The notes under the pieces: generated by a model
Database searches by the model: none
What the model saw: only the letters and a program-made list of their open reading frames with translations
What the model was told of the DNA's origin: nothing
Translations under genes and position numbers: made by a program
Assembly (NCBI GenBank): GCA_043228905.1
Contig: JBHGNT010000142.1
Location: forward strand, 3,479-67,478
Length of the DNA stretch: 64,000 bases
Reading direction: 5' to 3'
Source of the DNA: Azolla caroliniana
Taxonomy: Eukaryota; Plantae; Polypodiophyta
Shown: in pieces, positions 33,956 through 47,949 of the stretch
Layout of the letters: every line of letters begins with the position of its first letter
Numbering within the stretch: the stretch's first letter is position 1

Positions 33956-36150
33956 TGCTTCTGCATTAGAAATATTATTTGTTCATTCATTTTCGCTCGT
34001 TTTCACGCATGAGAAAGGGAAAAGAATTGAGAAATTTAGGACATAAAGTGAAAATTGGAGCGGAGCCCGGAAATGATAGATTATTTCCCAGCAGAACAGA
34101 AGTGCTGGATTTATGACGAAAGTGCCAGTGAAGAGACGATACCACCTTTAGAGGAGATTCCATTGCACCCCTGAACTATGAGTAATCAATACATGACCCA
34201 TTAGAATAATCAGATTCATGATACTCCTAATACTCTGCTGATGAGTAGTGCTTTTATTGATATACCTGGTGAACAGCAAGCAGCAGAATCCAGGCACTGA
34301 TATGAAATGATGCAAGAAGAAGCCCATGATTAATCGTAAAGAATTTTATACGGGTACGGGCACCCTTCTCACTCCGCTCTCCATCAATCTATCCTATCAG
34401 CATCAGCCTAAACCCCATCTGAACCTGGTCGCCCACACTTTTAACAAGTATAGGAAACCGGTAAGGCTGAAGACGGCAGTCCAAGCCAGGATACACCGAC
34501 ACGTGTGACATAAGTTCGTAACGGAACATTCTCCCGCACGTACCAGACGAGCGAAGGAGCGGAAGCTGAGAAAGAGCTTTGCGCTTTATCCCAGCATCTT
34601 CCTTGGGCCCCGCAGCAAGCAGTTACAAATTGAAAGGATATGGGTGAAACATCTACACCCAAGACGTCGTTAAGACTAGCGTTAAGACAGAACAAAAGAG
34701 AACTTATAACTAGCTATCTATAGATAGATCGAACCGTAACCGACATCCCGAAAAAAACAGACCGTAACTACGTTACCGCGCGCGTCGGGGCGGGCTTTAA
34801 GCATCTGTCTGCGACGTCTCGGTTAATCGTTTTGGTTCTATCCACCTATCTTCGGTTACCACTAGCTAGTTATAAGCTCTCTTTTGTTTTGTGAGATGTA
34901 GCCTCTCAAGCCAAGCAAGGTATCCCTTCTCAGAATTACAAGGCCTGAGAGGTACGTATCCCTCAAAGATACGTGCCCAGCCAGCGCAAAACTGCACTTC
35001 TTGCGCTAATTTGCTGCTTTTTTTAAGCATCAATTCTTTCCCCGCTGTAAACATTTATAGCTCAGAAGGCGGATTTTTAGCTTAGCTCGGATTAAAACCA
35101 TACCGCCGCTGTTAACACACGGTTGGGCTTCATCTTCCCGCTAACGCACGGTTGGTGGGGGTTTAGCCCTCCGCATAAAAAAGATGCGTTGCCGTACGCT
35201 GTTTCTCTGCTTGCTTTGCTCAGCTCTCATTGTTTAGCTCTTTCTTCGTTTGCCACCTTAAAGCAGTGGACGGGTTGTTTTTCAACCTTACGCAAATCTT
35301 TGTTTTTTTTTTGGCGGCCTGCTTCGACTTTTAAGGTCTCTTCATTATGCCCTTCTTTCGTAGCGGCCTGTGCTACGCGTTCTTGTACCCAAAAAGAAAA
35401 GAGCGATCGCCCGCCGCTTCGGAAAAATACAGATAAAGAGCGGTAGCAATGAACTGGAATTTGCAGAGAGGTTTGAGAAACAGCGTACGGATGCATCAAC
35501 TTTAAACGGGCAAGGTTGAAACAACCTTAAAGCAGCTTGCTTGCCTGCTTGCTGTACCACAGCAGAGTCGCAGTTGCTTGCTTGCTTGCTTGCTTGCGGG
35601 TAATATAGATTTATTTTGCCCGTAATGTTTAAATTAACCTAATAATCTGCCGTTTGACACGGCCGGCGCGGCGGGTCAACTATCGTTTTTGGTCTGATCG
35701 TTGATTTAGCGGAAATGAAACGATTCTTTTTTTCGCCCTTCATGCTGAATCCGCGTGTTTACTACGAATGCAGATGCTTGTTAAAAGCAGCAGCTGCTTT
35801 CTGTGGGTTTGAACCTCTTGCTTGCTTGCTTACTTGTAAAAGGTCTGATGGTTGAAAACAGCAGCTGCAAAGCTAAGGTTTTAATTTAAAGCAGCCTACG
35901 CCACCTCTTTTTTCATGTCACCTTGTTGTTGAGTATAGAAAAAGAAATAAAATGGGCGACACACTATGAACATTCGGGTATTGGCCCCCGATATCTATGA
36001 AAGTTAGTGCGGAGACTGAACCAGTACCCTTGGAAGAAGTTATGGTGGAGACCGGAAAGAATGAGGCTTTGGCAGCAGCCTTTCCTTTCCTTTCCTTTCC
36101 TTTCCTTTCCTTTCCTTTCCTTTCCTTTGGCAGCAAGACTTTGTATTTGT

Positions 36151-36759
36151 TTATTCTCGCGCGCGTATCTTTCCGATGGTCTTCCGAAAATCTATAGCAT
36201 TCTGCTGGAACACATCCTGTCTCTTGACCTTAGCAGTTTTATGCATAGTTGGTACTATAGCCCCGATCATGGCTACTAATAAAATCAGACTAGACACCGG
36301 GAACAAAACCAGATAGTTGGTATAAAGTAAATTGCCTGATGTTTCCAAATTAGTCCAACTTTATATTCTTTCAGCATAAACCGTATATCTCAGATAGGTT
36401 GTATTCAAATTGGTTGGTAGTATTGGAATGTAATCATTGTCTAGAATGACAAAGATTTCCAACCAGGAAATCAGTCCAATAGTACCACCTACTGATAAAT
36501 AGCGCAATATATTCTCGTGGATTTCCGCTATTTTGATATCTGGCATCATCACTACAAATGGAAGTGACACAGCAATCGCGCCTGTATAAACCACTAAGAG
36601 GATCATAGCAGAGAAGTCGGGACCTGACAAGAGAGGTAAACCTAAAGTGTTGCAGAAAACGAGGATGAAAAAGAGAACGGAATGGACGGAGTTTTTAGCA
36701 CGTATGACCGTAACAGCAGAGACTAAAGCCATGCCCGGAAAAACATCAAGGAGTAGCAT
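36151..36759 (-). CDS. nad6: NADH dehydrogenase subunit 6
   Basis: VIRAKNSVHSVLFFILVF; VYTGAIAV; SLILLVAMIGAIV. TAA at 36361 needs U-to-C editing. Confidence 0.93.
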
Positions 36760-37249
36760 GGTTTTATTGTTCCTTTCTCTCATTCTGTATTAGTGGCAGT
36801 TTGTCCCGACCCCATCTTGGCAATGACGAGATGTGGAAGCTCCTAGTGCACCTGGTATTCTTCACTACAAAATACAAGAGGGAACCCACCCGTGCACCCA
36901 CAAAAAATAGAATTGTGGAAAGCAGAAGATGACGATGAAGATAATTACATTCTGGAAACAAACGAGAAGCCGACGTCTAATATGGAAACTTCTAGTGCTA
37001 CAGAAAAAGAACAGGCTAAAAGTCTTATTTTTAATGTCCTCTCGATTCTCTCTACGGGACGAATATGGCATTATTGGACAGTTCATGAGGACTGAAGGAT
37101 AGTTCATGGGGACTGACATGACGGGAAGTATAGCAAGCTACATCCTCATTTATATGGAAGAGAAATCGAAACACTTTGTGTTATTTTCAAAGAAGATATA
37201 GAGGGGAGGGATCGGACCTTCCCCCAGTGTTGGTTCGTATTGAAGAGTT

Positions 37250-37446
37250 CTATAGGAAGAAACTACGAACTATGAAAATGAGATACAATCAACTGTCCAC
37301 CCAGAAAAGTAGAAAATCCCACGTACCGAAAGAGGTCACGAATATGGTTAATCCAAGTAACATAACGAAAGCATAATGATAGTAGGGTCAAGGTCACCCT
37401 GCCCTCCGAACCGGACGTGAAGGTCTCCCCTCATCCGGCTCTCTGC

Positions 37447-37482
<36 letters not shown>

Positions 37483-40400
37483 CTTTCGAGGTAGTCCCCA
37501 TCACTGCTTCCCCTAATATCCGCCACATACCGTATAGGGGTTTACAGGAGATCCCAGAGCCGGCACTAGTAGTCGTTATGTATGGCTCTTGCCGAGATCG
37601 TTATTTTCCCGTGCTCTAGCTATTTTGCTCCCTAGACTGTTAACCGTACATGTAGTTATGGCGGCGTAGCTATTCTCGAGGAAGGGCGGCAGAGGGCTGT
37701 GATTTTCCCTGCTTTAGCGAAACCTGGCATACCGCGACCTTCGTTAGATACGCCCACCATGCCTTTATTCATTTCGACATGCCGCCTTGTGGACAAAAGG
37801 CCCGGGACTCATTAACTCACGTTCTTGCTAGCACTACACCAACTCCGGTCTTTACGCCGCCCTTACTGTCCTTCTTGGGCTCGTAGAGTCGAGTTTACCG
37901 TTTACCCACCACGGAGCTTAGGGCCAACGGGTCGTGACGTACTCTTCGCACAACAAATCCACTTTAAAGTTAACTTATTTGCTTGGCCAATTTCCGGAAT
38001 GTGTACGAAATCCCGTAAGGACCTGAGATCTCAATAGCACCCTTGTCTAAGGCTTTAAATGAGACTTCGTATCCGAAATGCAAAAACGATCTCACTAGAA
38101 AGTCATTGAAAACTTTGTCAAAGAACCGGCGCTTATTCAGAAAGCAATAAAGTCCATTACCGAAAGTACTGGTTCCGAAAGCGAAAAGGAATTCGTTCGC
38201 GAAAAGATTTACATTATACGCCGTAAAAGCCCCTAAGATGCTAAACGTAATAGGTACTGGTTTGATTGTGATTGGAGTAGCAAACTCAGATTCGGCAAGA
38301 ATCTCATTTTTGGGTAGCATTGAAAGGGAATTGGCCCGAAAATTGGTGCCTAAACCAATCATCATATCGGTACCTAAGCCGCTCCATTGCTGCTGGAAAG
38401 GCTCGGCTTCAAAACCGTACGTGAAGCTTCCGCCTCATACGGCTTCTCCCAGGATCGAAGATTTTTGTTGGCTTTACAGGTTCGAAGAATTCTTTTCGGT
38501 ATGGCAGTGCCTGTGTAGGAGTTAAGGTTGCTGCACATGAACACCCCTCGTCAAGTCTTTGTTTCTTCAAACGATTCTATATGGATATGTAAGGCAATCT
38601 CTAGATATATGTATACTTAGATATAGATTACCTAAACAATGGCACGTTTGGGCTGGGGCCACTTTGGCCTCTGGCCTTTGTTTGTAAAGCTTTTTCTTTG
38701 TTGTTTGTAGTTTTGTTGATTCCGGAGAAGAAAAAAACGCTTTACGTTTTATTGGGCTTCTGTCCCACCTCTATGTACTCTTAGCCAGCCATTCAACTAT
38801 TCGGTCTGGCTAGGTTAGATTCCTTTTCAACTAGAAAAAGAAAGTAAAAAGAAAGAAGGGTTATATAGCTTTTCCCAGCTTTTATAGCCCCAACAGAGGG
38901 CGGGCCAAAGGCCCTACGAGTCTCCCCGTTGTCGAGTATTCTTTATTGGAAGTCACTTTTTTGTTTGTTGGCTTTACGAGCAAGCAAGCAAGCAAGCAAG
39001 CAAGCAAAGGAACCTTCAGGGCCCTCTCCGGTTCCCCTGGGGTGGGGAACCTTTCCTTATGTGATGTGTTCTCAGGGACGGGACGGGACGGGACGGGACG
39101 GGACGGGACGGGACGGGACTCGCGTTCCCATTGAATCTTCATTCGTGTGGTCAACTTCGCTAAAGGGTTCACCTCACCCCCACTTGTTAGTTTAGTGGTT
39201 GGCTTTACGAATGAAGGCTGAAGGCGGTTCATCATGAAGGCGCGCGCGCGCGCCGGTTCATCATGAAGGCGCTCAGCGGTCGCTTTCCTCTTTCTCGGCT
39301 GCTTTGGTATCCATATTTAACAAATGAGTGCTGTAGCCCTTCCACCCAACAGAAGACCTCCTCCTGCCCGCCGTCTCTATCCCGGCCCTAAGGTCACCAC
39401 TCACCCTATTGTCGAGGTCTTCCCTTCCCTTCCCTTCCCTTCCCTTCCCTTCCCTTCCCTTCCCTTCCCCGGGGTGTTTGTTTTTCCCTCGGTTACCCTG
39501 TGTGACTTGTCTTACTAGAGTCTTGCGTGTATATCTTGTATGAGTCGCCTAGATTGGAGAGCACGCATCTTGCCCATATCGTTCATTGGGGCAATAAGCT
39601 TGTTGGTAAATTCCGGTCTACAACTGCCTTAGTCTTAGGCTACCACCGGGGCGGGGATTTGTTCCCACCAAGGTATTGTTTAGGTATTATCTATGTAGAA
39701 CTTACTTACAATCCATTTCCCTTTCCATTGACCATCGAGATCCTAAGTCTCCAAGTGGGCATATCCCTAGCCTTTATTCGTCAGGGCCTTCGCTTTTCGG
39801 AGAATCCTGCTCCCGTAGAGCTTGTAGCTCGGCGGCCCACCACAAGGGAACCCTATCGGGATACTCCAGTTTCGAGTGTATTGGATAGTTATAGCGGCCC
39901 GTAGGCGCAAGATGTACCTCGTGGGGCGGTCTCCCGGACATAGTCTTTTCATGCAGTGGCCGTTTCTTAGTCCATAGTCCATTGGATGTTCGGTGCAAGG
40001 CCAGAAACTGACACTGCTTGTACCCTTCGTTCTTGCCCTTTGCTCACTGGGCCTGTCCCTCAGTGTGGTCAGTACTGGATACTGTCGGGCGGCAAAGCTT
40101 ACACTTGTTCACTCATGAAGGTTCGCCGGGGCCTCTTTCCTCCCTTCTTTTTTGCTTACTCGTGATTCAGAGGCTGCCAGACCTCCTACAAAGAGAAGAG
40201 AGTCGACTGAACATCTCAGCCATTGGCGGGAGTTTCGCTCGCATCCAATCCTCAATTATTGTTCACCTTGCTTAGATCGTGCTGGGTGAGCAACAGCCGC
40301 TTCGTCACGGGACTGACTTATGGGCTAACAGGTCACACTTTGGCCAAGTATCCTACGAAAATGCTTCCGAAAGCCAGGAGGATTAAAGGGATGGCCATAA

Positions 40401-43400
40401 GAATGGGCGCATCATGGCATCGTAAGATGTCTCGCTTGAATGAATTAGTTGATGCTGAAAATGTTAGGAAAGGTAAACGAGAAGAGTGATAGGGAGTGAA
40501 GAAGACAGAGACGCTTCCCGACCGGAAAACAAAGTTACCACTAATGGTATAATCGGGATGGATAGGCTCTTTCAAGCAAGCTTTTCCCCCTCAAAGAACC
40601 GCACGTGCAAGTTTCCTCGCATACGGCTCAAGCGGCGAAGAAGAGTGACGGCTGGGCCGGCCTCAGCAGGTCACCGATGGGCCCACGTAGTGTTCTGCTA
40701 TCACTCCGCCGCAAGTTGCGTATTTGCTCGTTTCCAATTTGCTCTCCCCAGTTGGTTTGTAATATTCTTCTCTCCTTTTCTTTTGGGGCACGCACGAAAG
40801 TCAAATTTTTTCCCTTCCCTCGTCGCAACTTCGTCGTGATTGACTCATATTCACTTAGTACCGCTCGCGGTCCCGGCCGCTTCTACTCCCATGTGGTCAA
40901 TAGAAGTGGCCCGGTAACAGCGTTTCGTCATCCAGGATTCGAGTCAGCACACTGGGTCGGCAAATTGTCGCCTATCTTACCTTTGTTTGAGGGTGAGCCA
41001 AAGCTTTTCGGATCGTCTTCTGTCCACTGGACGGTATCTGATCCTACGACCAGACCTCCCGAGGGGAGCCCATTGGGTTTACCTTGTCGACATGTTGACT
41101 TTATTACAAGAAAAAGCGATCCTGTGCTATACTCCGGTGATCATTTGCCGATCGGGGCACGCAACCAAACGTCGTGTCCTAAATCACATCCCTACAGGGG
41201 CCTACTCAATTACAGCTCATAGGTGCTAGGTCGCTTTTACGAAGCGTCGTCGCACAGTTCACTGCTGCCTGCTGTGGTTGATCAAAAAGAATAGTCTCGC
41301 TTCTCTTAGCGGGTTCTATGTTGTATTGTATATTCTCCGCTTCCATGCTTCACACCCTCCCCAAAAGAACGCATGGTGGGGTAAGAGCCTCCCGCCAGGC
41401 TGGGATGGCGATATAGCCCCTTTCTCTTACTCTTATAGGAGGGCTATACACATTGTCTCATGTCCTTCAAGTCGCACTTTGGTATAAGCAGGCTCCGAAA
41501 TCGCATCTTTAGAATAAAATCCGGTCAAGAAAGGGAATCCAATTAAGAATAAGCTGCCTATAAGCATCATGGCATAAGTGGAGGGTAACAGAGAAGCGAG
41601 CCCTCCCATTCTACGCATATCTTGCTCATCCGACATGGCATGAATTACTAAACCTGCGCTCGAAGGGGGTAATACTTTAAAAAAAGCGTAATTCGTTAAA
41701 TAAAATACGCTAACTGAATAATCAAGAATGCCGCGAGCAAAGATCGTATAGCCTGATTGACTACGAATTAGATAAGCTACGACCCTCTTTAAATCATTTT
41801 ACAACATTCCAGTAGTTACCGCGAAGAATAACGTCATAGCTCCCACAAAAGTAATAACAATCAAAGCATTGAGTAAATACTCGAATAAGGGGGAGCACCT
41901 CGCTATCATAAATACGCCTGCTATTACCGTAATAGCTGCGTAAATCAAAGCGGATACTGGAGTGAGACCCTCCGTTACGTCAGGTAACCGAGTATGCAAT
42001 CCCATTTATGCAAATTTTCCAATAGCGCCGACAAGGGGTGAGATACGAATAACAATTGTGGCATAAAATCCCGTATTACGAGAAAGAAAATAGTGATTGG
42101 GTTCAGAGAAAACACTAGCACAAGCGAAAGTAGTAGGAGAGTCTACTACTTAAGAGGGAGTGGAACGACCAATAATCCCGAGGGCTGATCCGGAATCACC
42201 TACTCAATTGACAAGCATAGCTTTGATAGCTGCTTTATTAGCTTAAAGTCATGCGAACCGAAAATTAATCGACAAATATAAAACGGGACCTGCTCCCTCC
42301 CGTCCTGGAAGTAATTAAATGAAGTTATCTCCAATAACCAACATTAGCGTAAAAGAGGTAGAGATGGGTGAATAACACATGAATCAGGGGCTATGCGGAT
42401 CCTCGGACATATATGAAATGAGATAGAGATAAACCAAGCTACTGACGAATGTCACCACAATTGACATAACTACAGTCGGACTATCGAACACCGGGTCGGA
42501 AGTTACTTCACCGGGCCTTTCCCTCTGCAAATCAAGCGAGCTTGTTTTTTATCCGTACCACAACGCGTTCGCCCGAGTGGCATAATCAAGTGCTCTCCGA
42601 ACCGTGTAAGATGGTCGCCCATCACACGGCTCACCAACTTGGGATTACGGTTAGTAGAGGGATAACTTCTTCTTCTTCCGTGTGTCCAGGAAGAACAGGA
42701 AGGTCCCACCCGCGTCTCATTCGAGTGTACGGCATCTGCCAACTTAGGCCCCTTCCCTTCTGTTGATTCAAGCGGCGCTTCCCGGTTGGTTGTTTTTGCC
42801 GATCGAAGAGGCGGGTACTGTGGGCCCTCTGCCCCACGCATTTAACCAGCAGCTGGCGAATGTATGGTTCACCGGTTCCACCGAATACTCTCACTTGTTG
42901 AAGCACAGTGCGCTTGCCAATGGTGTGTGTGCTGTCCTTATCGGACTCAGGCCTTTCCTTGTCCAGGCATCTGCGCCCTCTTGCTGCGCATGTGCGAGGG
43001 ATGCGCCTTATCCATAGCCTGTATTGCGGCCGGCGTGGAGGTGTACATATACTTTGTATATGGGACCTCGCCTGACGCTAGCCGGGATCCCTTCTCCACC
43101 GATCTGTAGTTCGTGATCCGTAAGCCTCACCTGTGTCTTGGAGACACGGTCGGGAGCCGCCAAGGGAGGGCGGGCAGTTTTCGGCGGGCGGAGTCCAGTA
43201 GGCCCCTTTCTCGACATGCTATGAGGCTCTAGGGGAGGAAATTATCCCATAGAGTGAGTCGAGCCCGTCTCGCCACGGAGCAACAGCAGCGTCCGGATAA
43301 TCTATCTATCCGGCAATTCATCCGGTGGCTTCGCGGTCGCCAAGGAAGCCCCGGGAAGCATCGAACATCTCCAAGGAAATCCATGGAGCAATCTTTATAT

Positions 43401-43572
43401 AGCAAGCACTGGCTCCCAGTGCGACTTCATGAAAGACGGTCAGGAATAAAATGAAAAAGAATGAAACGCACGTGATGGTTACTATAGCGGTTCCTTTCGA
43501 CCCTGGAAAACGACCAGAAGCACCTGCTACAAAGCTACCAGGCAAGGACAACGATACTATTGGTAAATACGT
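37250..43572 (-). CDS. nad5: NADH dehydrogenase subunit 5; exons 43572-43343, 42489-41478, 40551-40339, 38368-37952, 37381-37250
   Basis: Cumulative exon lengths 230/1242/1455/1872 match known intron sites. Motifs [32 protein letters not shown]. Stop position approximate. Confidence 0.92.
37382..37951 (-). other. Group II intron nad5i1872g2
   Basis: GTGCG start, domain V gagccggatgagggg..cacgtccggttc, ends ccctac. Confidence 0.88.
38369..40338 (-). other. Group II intron nad5i1455g2 (cis; no i1477 follows)
   Basis: GTGTG start, domain V aagccgtatgaggcggaagcttcacgtacggttt. Confidence 0.88.
40552..41477 (-). other. Group II intron nad5i1242g2
   Basis: GTGCG start, domain V gagccgtatgcgaggaaacttgcacgtgcggttc, ends cccgat. 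Confidence 0.88.
42490..43342 (-). other. Group II intron nad5i230g2
   Basis: Domain V gagccgtgtgatgggcgaccatcttacacggttc. Unusual termini TGGCG...CCGGT. Confidence 0.85.
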
Positions 43573-44153
43573 ACTCAATGAATCCTTTCTTTCTTGTTTT
43601 TGGTATTCATGGCAGTTTGTCCAGAATGGAAACGCAAAGCGTTTTTTCTTTTACAGAATGCGCACTTATATACAAAATTCTTTCACGTTGAACCGATAAC
43701 TCGACCCTGCCGGTTACTAGAAATACTACCGCATCCCGCCAAAGGCCCGGAAACCCGCAAAGCTCCTAAGCCCGTAAAGGCGGCATTAGGTAAAGGGAGT
43801 TCGCGCTAGTTGGTATCAAGTCCCGGTCCGCAGGGTAGCCTTAAGGGCAAGGGCGGGAATGGTTTCCTTTGGTTCCCCGCGCGCGATTGATTGATTGATT
43901 GTTGGATCCTCTTATATTGCTAATGGTGGTATCCCGAATGAATTCGGAACAAAACATATCGTCAGAAACTACCTAGCGACCTGGTTCCTGACTACGACAA
44001 GTCCTGGATATTAGTAAATGATGACCAGCTTCTTTTTTTCTAACAATAAGAAATTGGCGGACTAGTAACTAGTCTTGGCCAACAACCTAGCACGCACGAT
44101 GAAAGCCCGCGGAGAACAATTTTTTAGTAATAGAAACAGCAGTGGCTATTTTG

Positions 44154-44237
44154 GCTCACGTAGCTCAAAGGATAGAGCATTCCTATGTACCACCCGGGTT
44201 GGCGGGAAACTAGCCGGTTCGAGTCCGGTCGTGGGCT
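44154..44237 (+). pseudogene. tRNA-like element (probable degenerate trnT) 30 nt upstream of nad7
   Basis: gctcacg/cgtgggc acceptor, gctc/gagc D stem, ttcct/gggaa stem with 19-nt loop, gccgg-ttcgagt-ccggt T arm. Confidence 0.65.
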
Positions 44238-44267
44238 GGTGGGAGGAACAAGCAAGAATGGTTCAAT

Positions 44268-47200
44268 ACGGCGTCTAACAGGCAAATCAAGAATTTCACT
44301 TCGAATCCTGGACTTTAGCACCTTGCTGTTTATGGTGTTTCATGATCAGTATCGGAAACGAATGGAGAAGCGGTAGAACGTGCGGAACCGCATATTGGAT
44401 TATTCTAGTGCGGCATGAAGCTGCTGGCGCCGAGTCGGCCGGATGAAAGCCGTTAGCGATGCTCCGCTTGTTCCCTGGCACGGGCGGCGCGCGAAGGCAA
44501 CTTCCGCGTCGTAAGCACCGAGTTCGGTTTGTCGAGCAACTCAAGTGAGGCGAACCTAAAAAGGGAAGGAAGGGAGAAGGTCGTAAAGGTGGCCTCGTTA
44601 TCTGTATCAGAGGTCAGAATAAATGAGTGCGGGAGAACCTGCCGTCCTCTACTTCCGATTTTGGTTATCTCACGAGCGAGCCAACGGTTCCCCGGGGGTT
44701 CTCGGAAACAAGAACGCGTTGGCGGGTCCTGGAGTGCCCGTCAAGAGCGCACGCGCATACCCCGCGGGGTAACTATTACGACCAGCACCCTCCGCATTTC
44801 GGCACAGTGGAACGTGTAACCGGCCCGAGGTTTCGTTTCAACTTACACTTGTTTCATGTTGGGATGGGTAGACCAACTGCCTGCCCGCAAGGGACAAACT
44901 AAATCCTCAGGTCGGGTGGGATGGCACTACTGGCAAATACTGTCTGGCAAAGACGCAGGCGCGAAGCGTGGTAGGCCCGCTAGCGTTTTTTTTGCTTGCC
45001 GAAAGCATACAAGAAAAGCCGGGACGGGAACCGACGAAACTACAGAAACGTAACCAAGCAAGCGGTCGAGCCGGGAGGGCCGGGTCATTTGACGGGAATG
45101 AGGAGGCCGATTTCTTCTGTTCAAGCTGCCTGCTGGAGAAAGGAGTGAGAATGAGGAGCCGGCCTTACCGCCGTGGCTAGGCCCACGGGTTGGTTCCTCC
45201 GGGCCCAAGGCCAGGGCCTTGGCGGGTTTACGGTGCGACGACAGGCGGCGGGCGCTGCCCACAGGGAGGATAATTTGCTTTCCCCCTCCCTCCAAGGGAA
45301 GTATCCTCTTTAACAACCAACAGAGGGACCCTGGAAGAGAGTTACGAAACAAGGGGGCGGGCAGCAATCCAATCGTACGCGCATAAGCTACCAAACGAGA
45401 TACGTTTCACCAGCGAATGAACGCTGGGCCGCTGAACCCCACCTGACCTATAAAAAATGGCGCGAGCCGTATGCGGGGAGACTTGCACGTACGGTTCCGT
45501 TGGGGGGATCCGGCCAGCGAGGGACCGACGCCTACCCAACTAGGGGCACGGAAAAATTAATCGAGTATAAAACGTATTTCTAAGCTTTACCTCATTCTGA
45601 TCGTTTGGAGGGCGACCGTGAAAAGTCACCGAATGAAGTCCTCCTGTGGGCACTGCAAAAACCCACGGCAGAGCGGATATTACTAATCGACGTATAGGAT
45701 ATGACGACGGCAACAGCATGTCATAAAAGGAGATAACCGGGAATAGCCAACTCTTAGCGTATCTCCAACTACACTCTTGAGTGGCAGTTGAACGGGGAGT
45801 ATCGTGAATGCGAGATGCCAGCGGAACGATCAGCCGGACGTGTTGGGCAGCGCCGGGCTTTCTCCCTACCGCGTCTCTCCCTGTGTGTTGAGGATCCAAA
45901 GCGAGTGCACCGGGGATAAGGGAAACTGGGATTCAATATGGGCATAGCAAACATCTGAAGCGTAACCACACACTCACACGACCTTTGCCGCTTCACCCGG
46001 ATGAACCGCTAGAGAAATAGGAGCATTCGGTGAAACCGGTGAACCGCACTTCCGGATAGATGTGTGGGACAGAGGGCTCATAGTACCTGCCTACCTTCTG
46101 CTTCGGGAACCGTGTAAGCATAGGGTGCTGCTAGTGTCGCAGAAGGGAAGGGAAGGGAAGGGAAGGGAAGGGAAGGGAAGGGAAGGGGCCTAAATTGGCG
46201 GACAGACCGACGCCGCACACTTGAGCAGCGCCGGGGGAAGCGGCCGAAGAAGCGGTTTTCATCATCCGGCAGAGTTTGTGCCAGTCGGAACGGGAATTGG
46301 CCAGTCAACCCCACACCCTTCGAAGATGTTGCCAGAATGACTTCCAGGGTCCTTCCGTCCTGGCCAGAGCACGGCTCAGCGCCTTCATGATGAACCGGAT
46401 GAAAAAGGGGTTGGCGGGTTTGATGAACCGCTTTATCTCCCTCCCAATTCTGCTGTTTGCGAGGTAAAGAAGCGCTTGCCGCGCCCCGCACTCTCCCCAG
46501 CCCTTCGGGCCTTCGACCCACGTTCGCTGCTTTTTTGTTGACTTCACAAACGAAGGCTCTAGTCCTGATGTCATCTAAATGCTCATGGGCAGGAGTTCTT
46601 TGGCGAGGCGGAAACTAAACCATGATAACGCTTCGGGTAACTCAAGTTGGAGAGCCGTGTGATGGGTGACCATCCCGCACGGTTCAGAGAGCACTTGTGT
46701 ATGTGATGCGAGTGAACGTGTGCAACACAGCAGCAGCACAGCTGGCATCGAGTAACTTTCAACCCTATCTACGTTCCCATGATGGCCTAAGAACACGCTT
46801 ATCCTTCAGCTGTAGAGAGACCTTGCAATTGTGAGGTACCGTTATGAGCTTAATATATATGAGTGTTATTTTGTGAAACAACTTGAATCCCAAATTATTT
46901 ACCTGCTTTAACTATTTATGTCATGGACGTGGGAGCATCAACTCTGTCTCCGTGGGCTTCTGAAGAGCGAGAAAAACTTTTGGAATCCTATGAAAGGGTC
47001 TCGGGAGCTAGGATGTACGCTAGTTATATATGACTAGGTGGAGTGGCATAAGATCTGCCTCTGGGCTTGAGTGGAGACACTTTTTCATTCACATAGTAAT
47101 TTGCTTCTCGTATTGACGAATCGGAGGAAACGCCGACCAACAACCGTATCTGGAAATAATGATTAGTGGATATCGGTACCGTCACTGCATAGTAAGCTTT

Positions 47201-47918
47201 GGATCGGGGATTCAGTGGTGTAATGTTAAGAGGTTGTGCGACATGAAGACATCGATAGCAATATGGGGGAGGTTCCCATCGGGCAACGGTTCTGCCTGAC
47301 CTTGCTCAAGCACGCTTTGACTGTAAAGACTTGGTGTGAAGCCTTGAGGGCAACGTCCCTCAAGATGGGGGCTGGGGTGAGCTGAAGAGGGGACAGCGTA
47401 AGCAAATGTGTATAAGCCTAGTAAAGCATGACCGAGGCAAGGCTAGGGCCATCTTCGACTGGTTAGTCTGACGGACCGTGAACGGATTCGCCTTTGGCCT
47501 CTGGGCACGTCGAAACCGCATGGGTTCACCGGGGTAGAGCACAGTCCGCCGAAATCGGCATAGGTTAGATGCCATTGATGGAACATGGTAAGCCCATATT
47601 CATCTGTGCGTCCGTAAGGGCTAGGCATGTAACGAGGTATGGGTGGAGAAAGACCCGAAAAGCAAGGGCCGAGCCTGCTTAGATAAGAGTACGTGACCTG
47701 ACTTTTTGAATCAAATTGAATTGAAAGGTGGTAAAGTGGCACAAATCGATTAATTGAGGGAAGCATAAAGGCTTTAAGCAGCAGCACAGAGGGGCAAAGC
47801 AGCGCTCTAAGAAAGATGAACAACCTGCCGCCTTTTTTCATAAGATTGTGACGGTACGGAAGTATGGAGATCTAGAAAGAAATTGGCGGACTAGTAACTA
47901 GTCTTGGCCAACAACCTA

Positions 47919-47949
<31 letters not shown>

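Noticed and set aside
39480-40000. Maturase remnant in nad5i1455
   Set aside because: No recognisable RT domains (no YADD); too degenerate to support.
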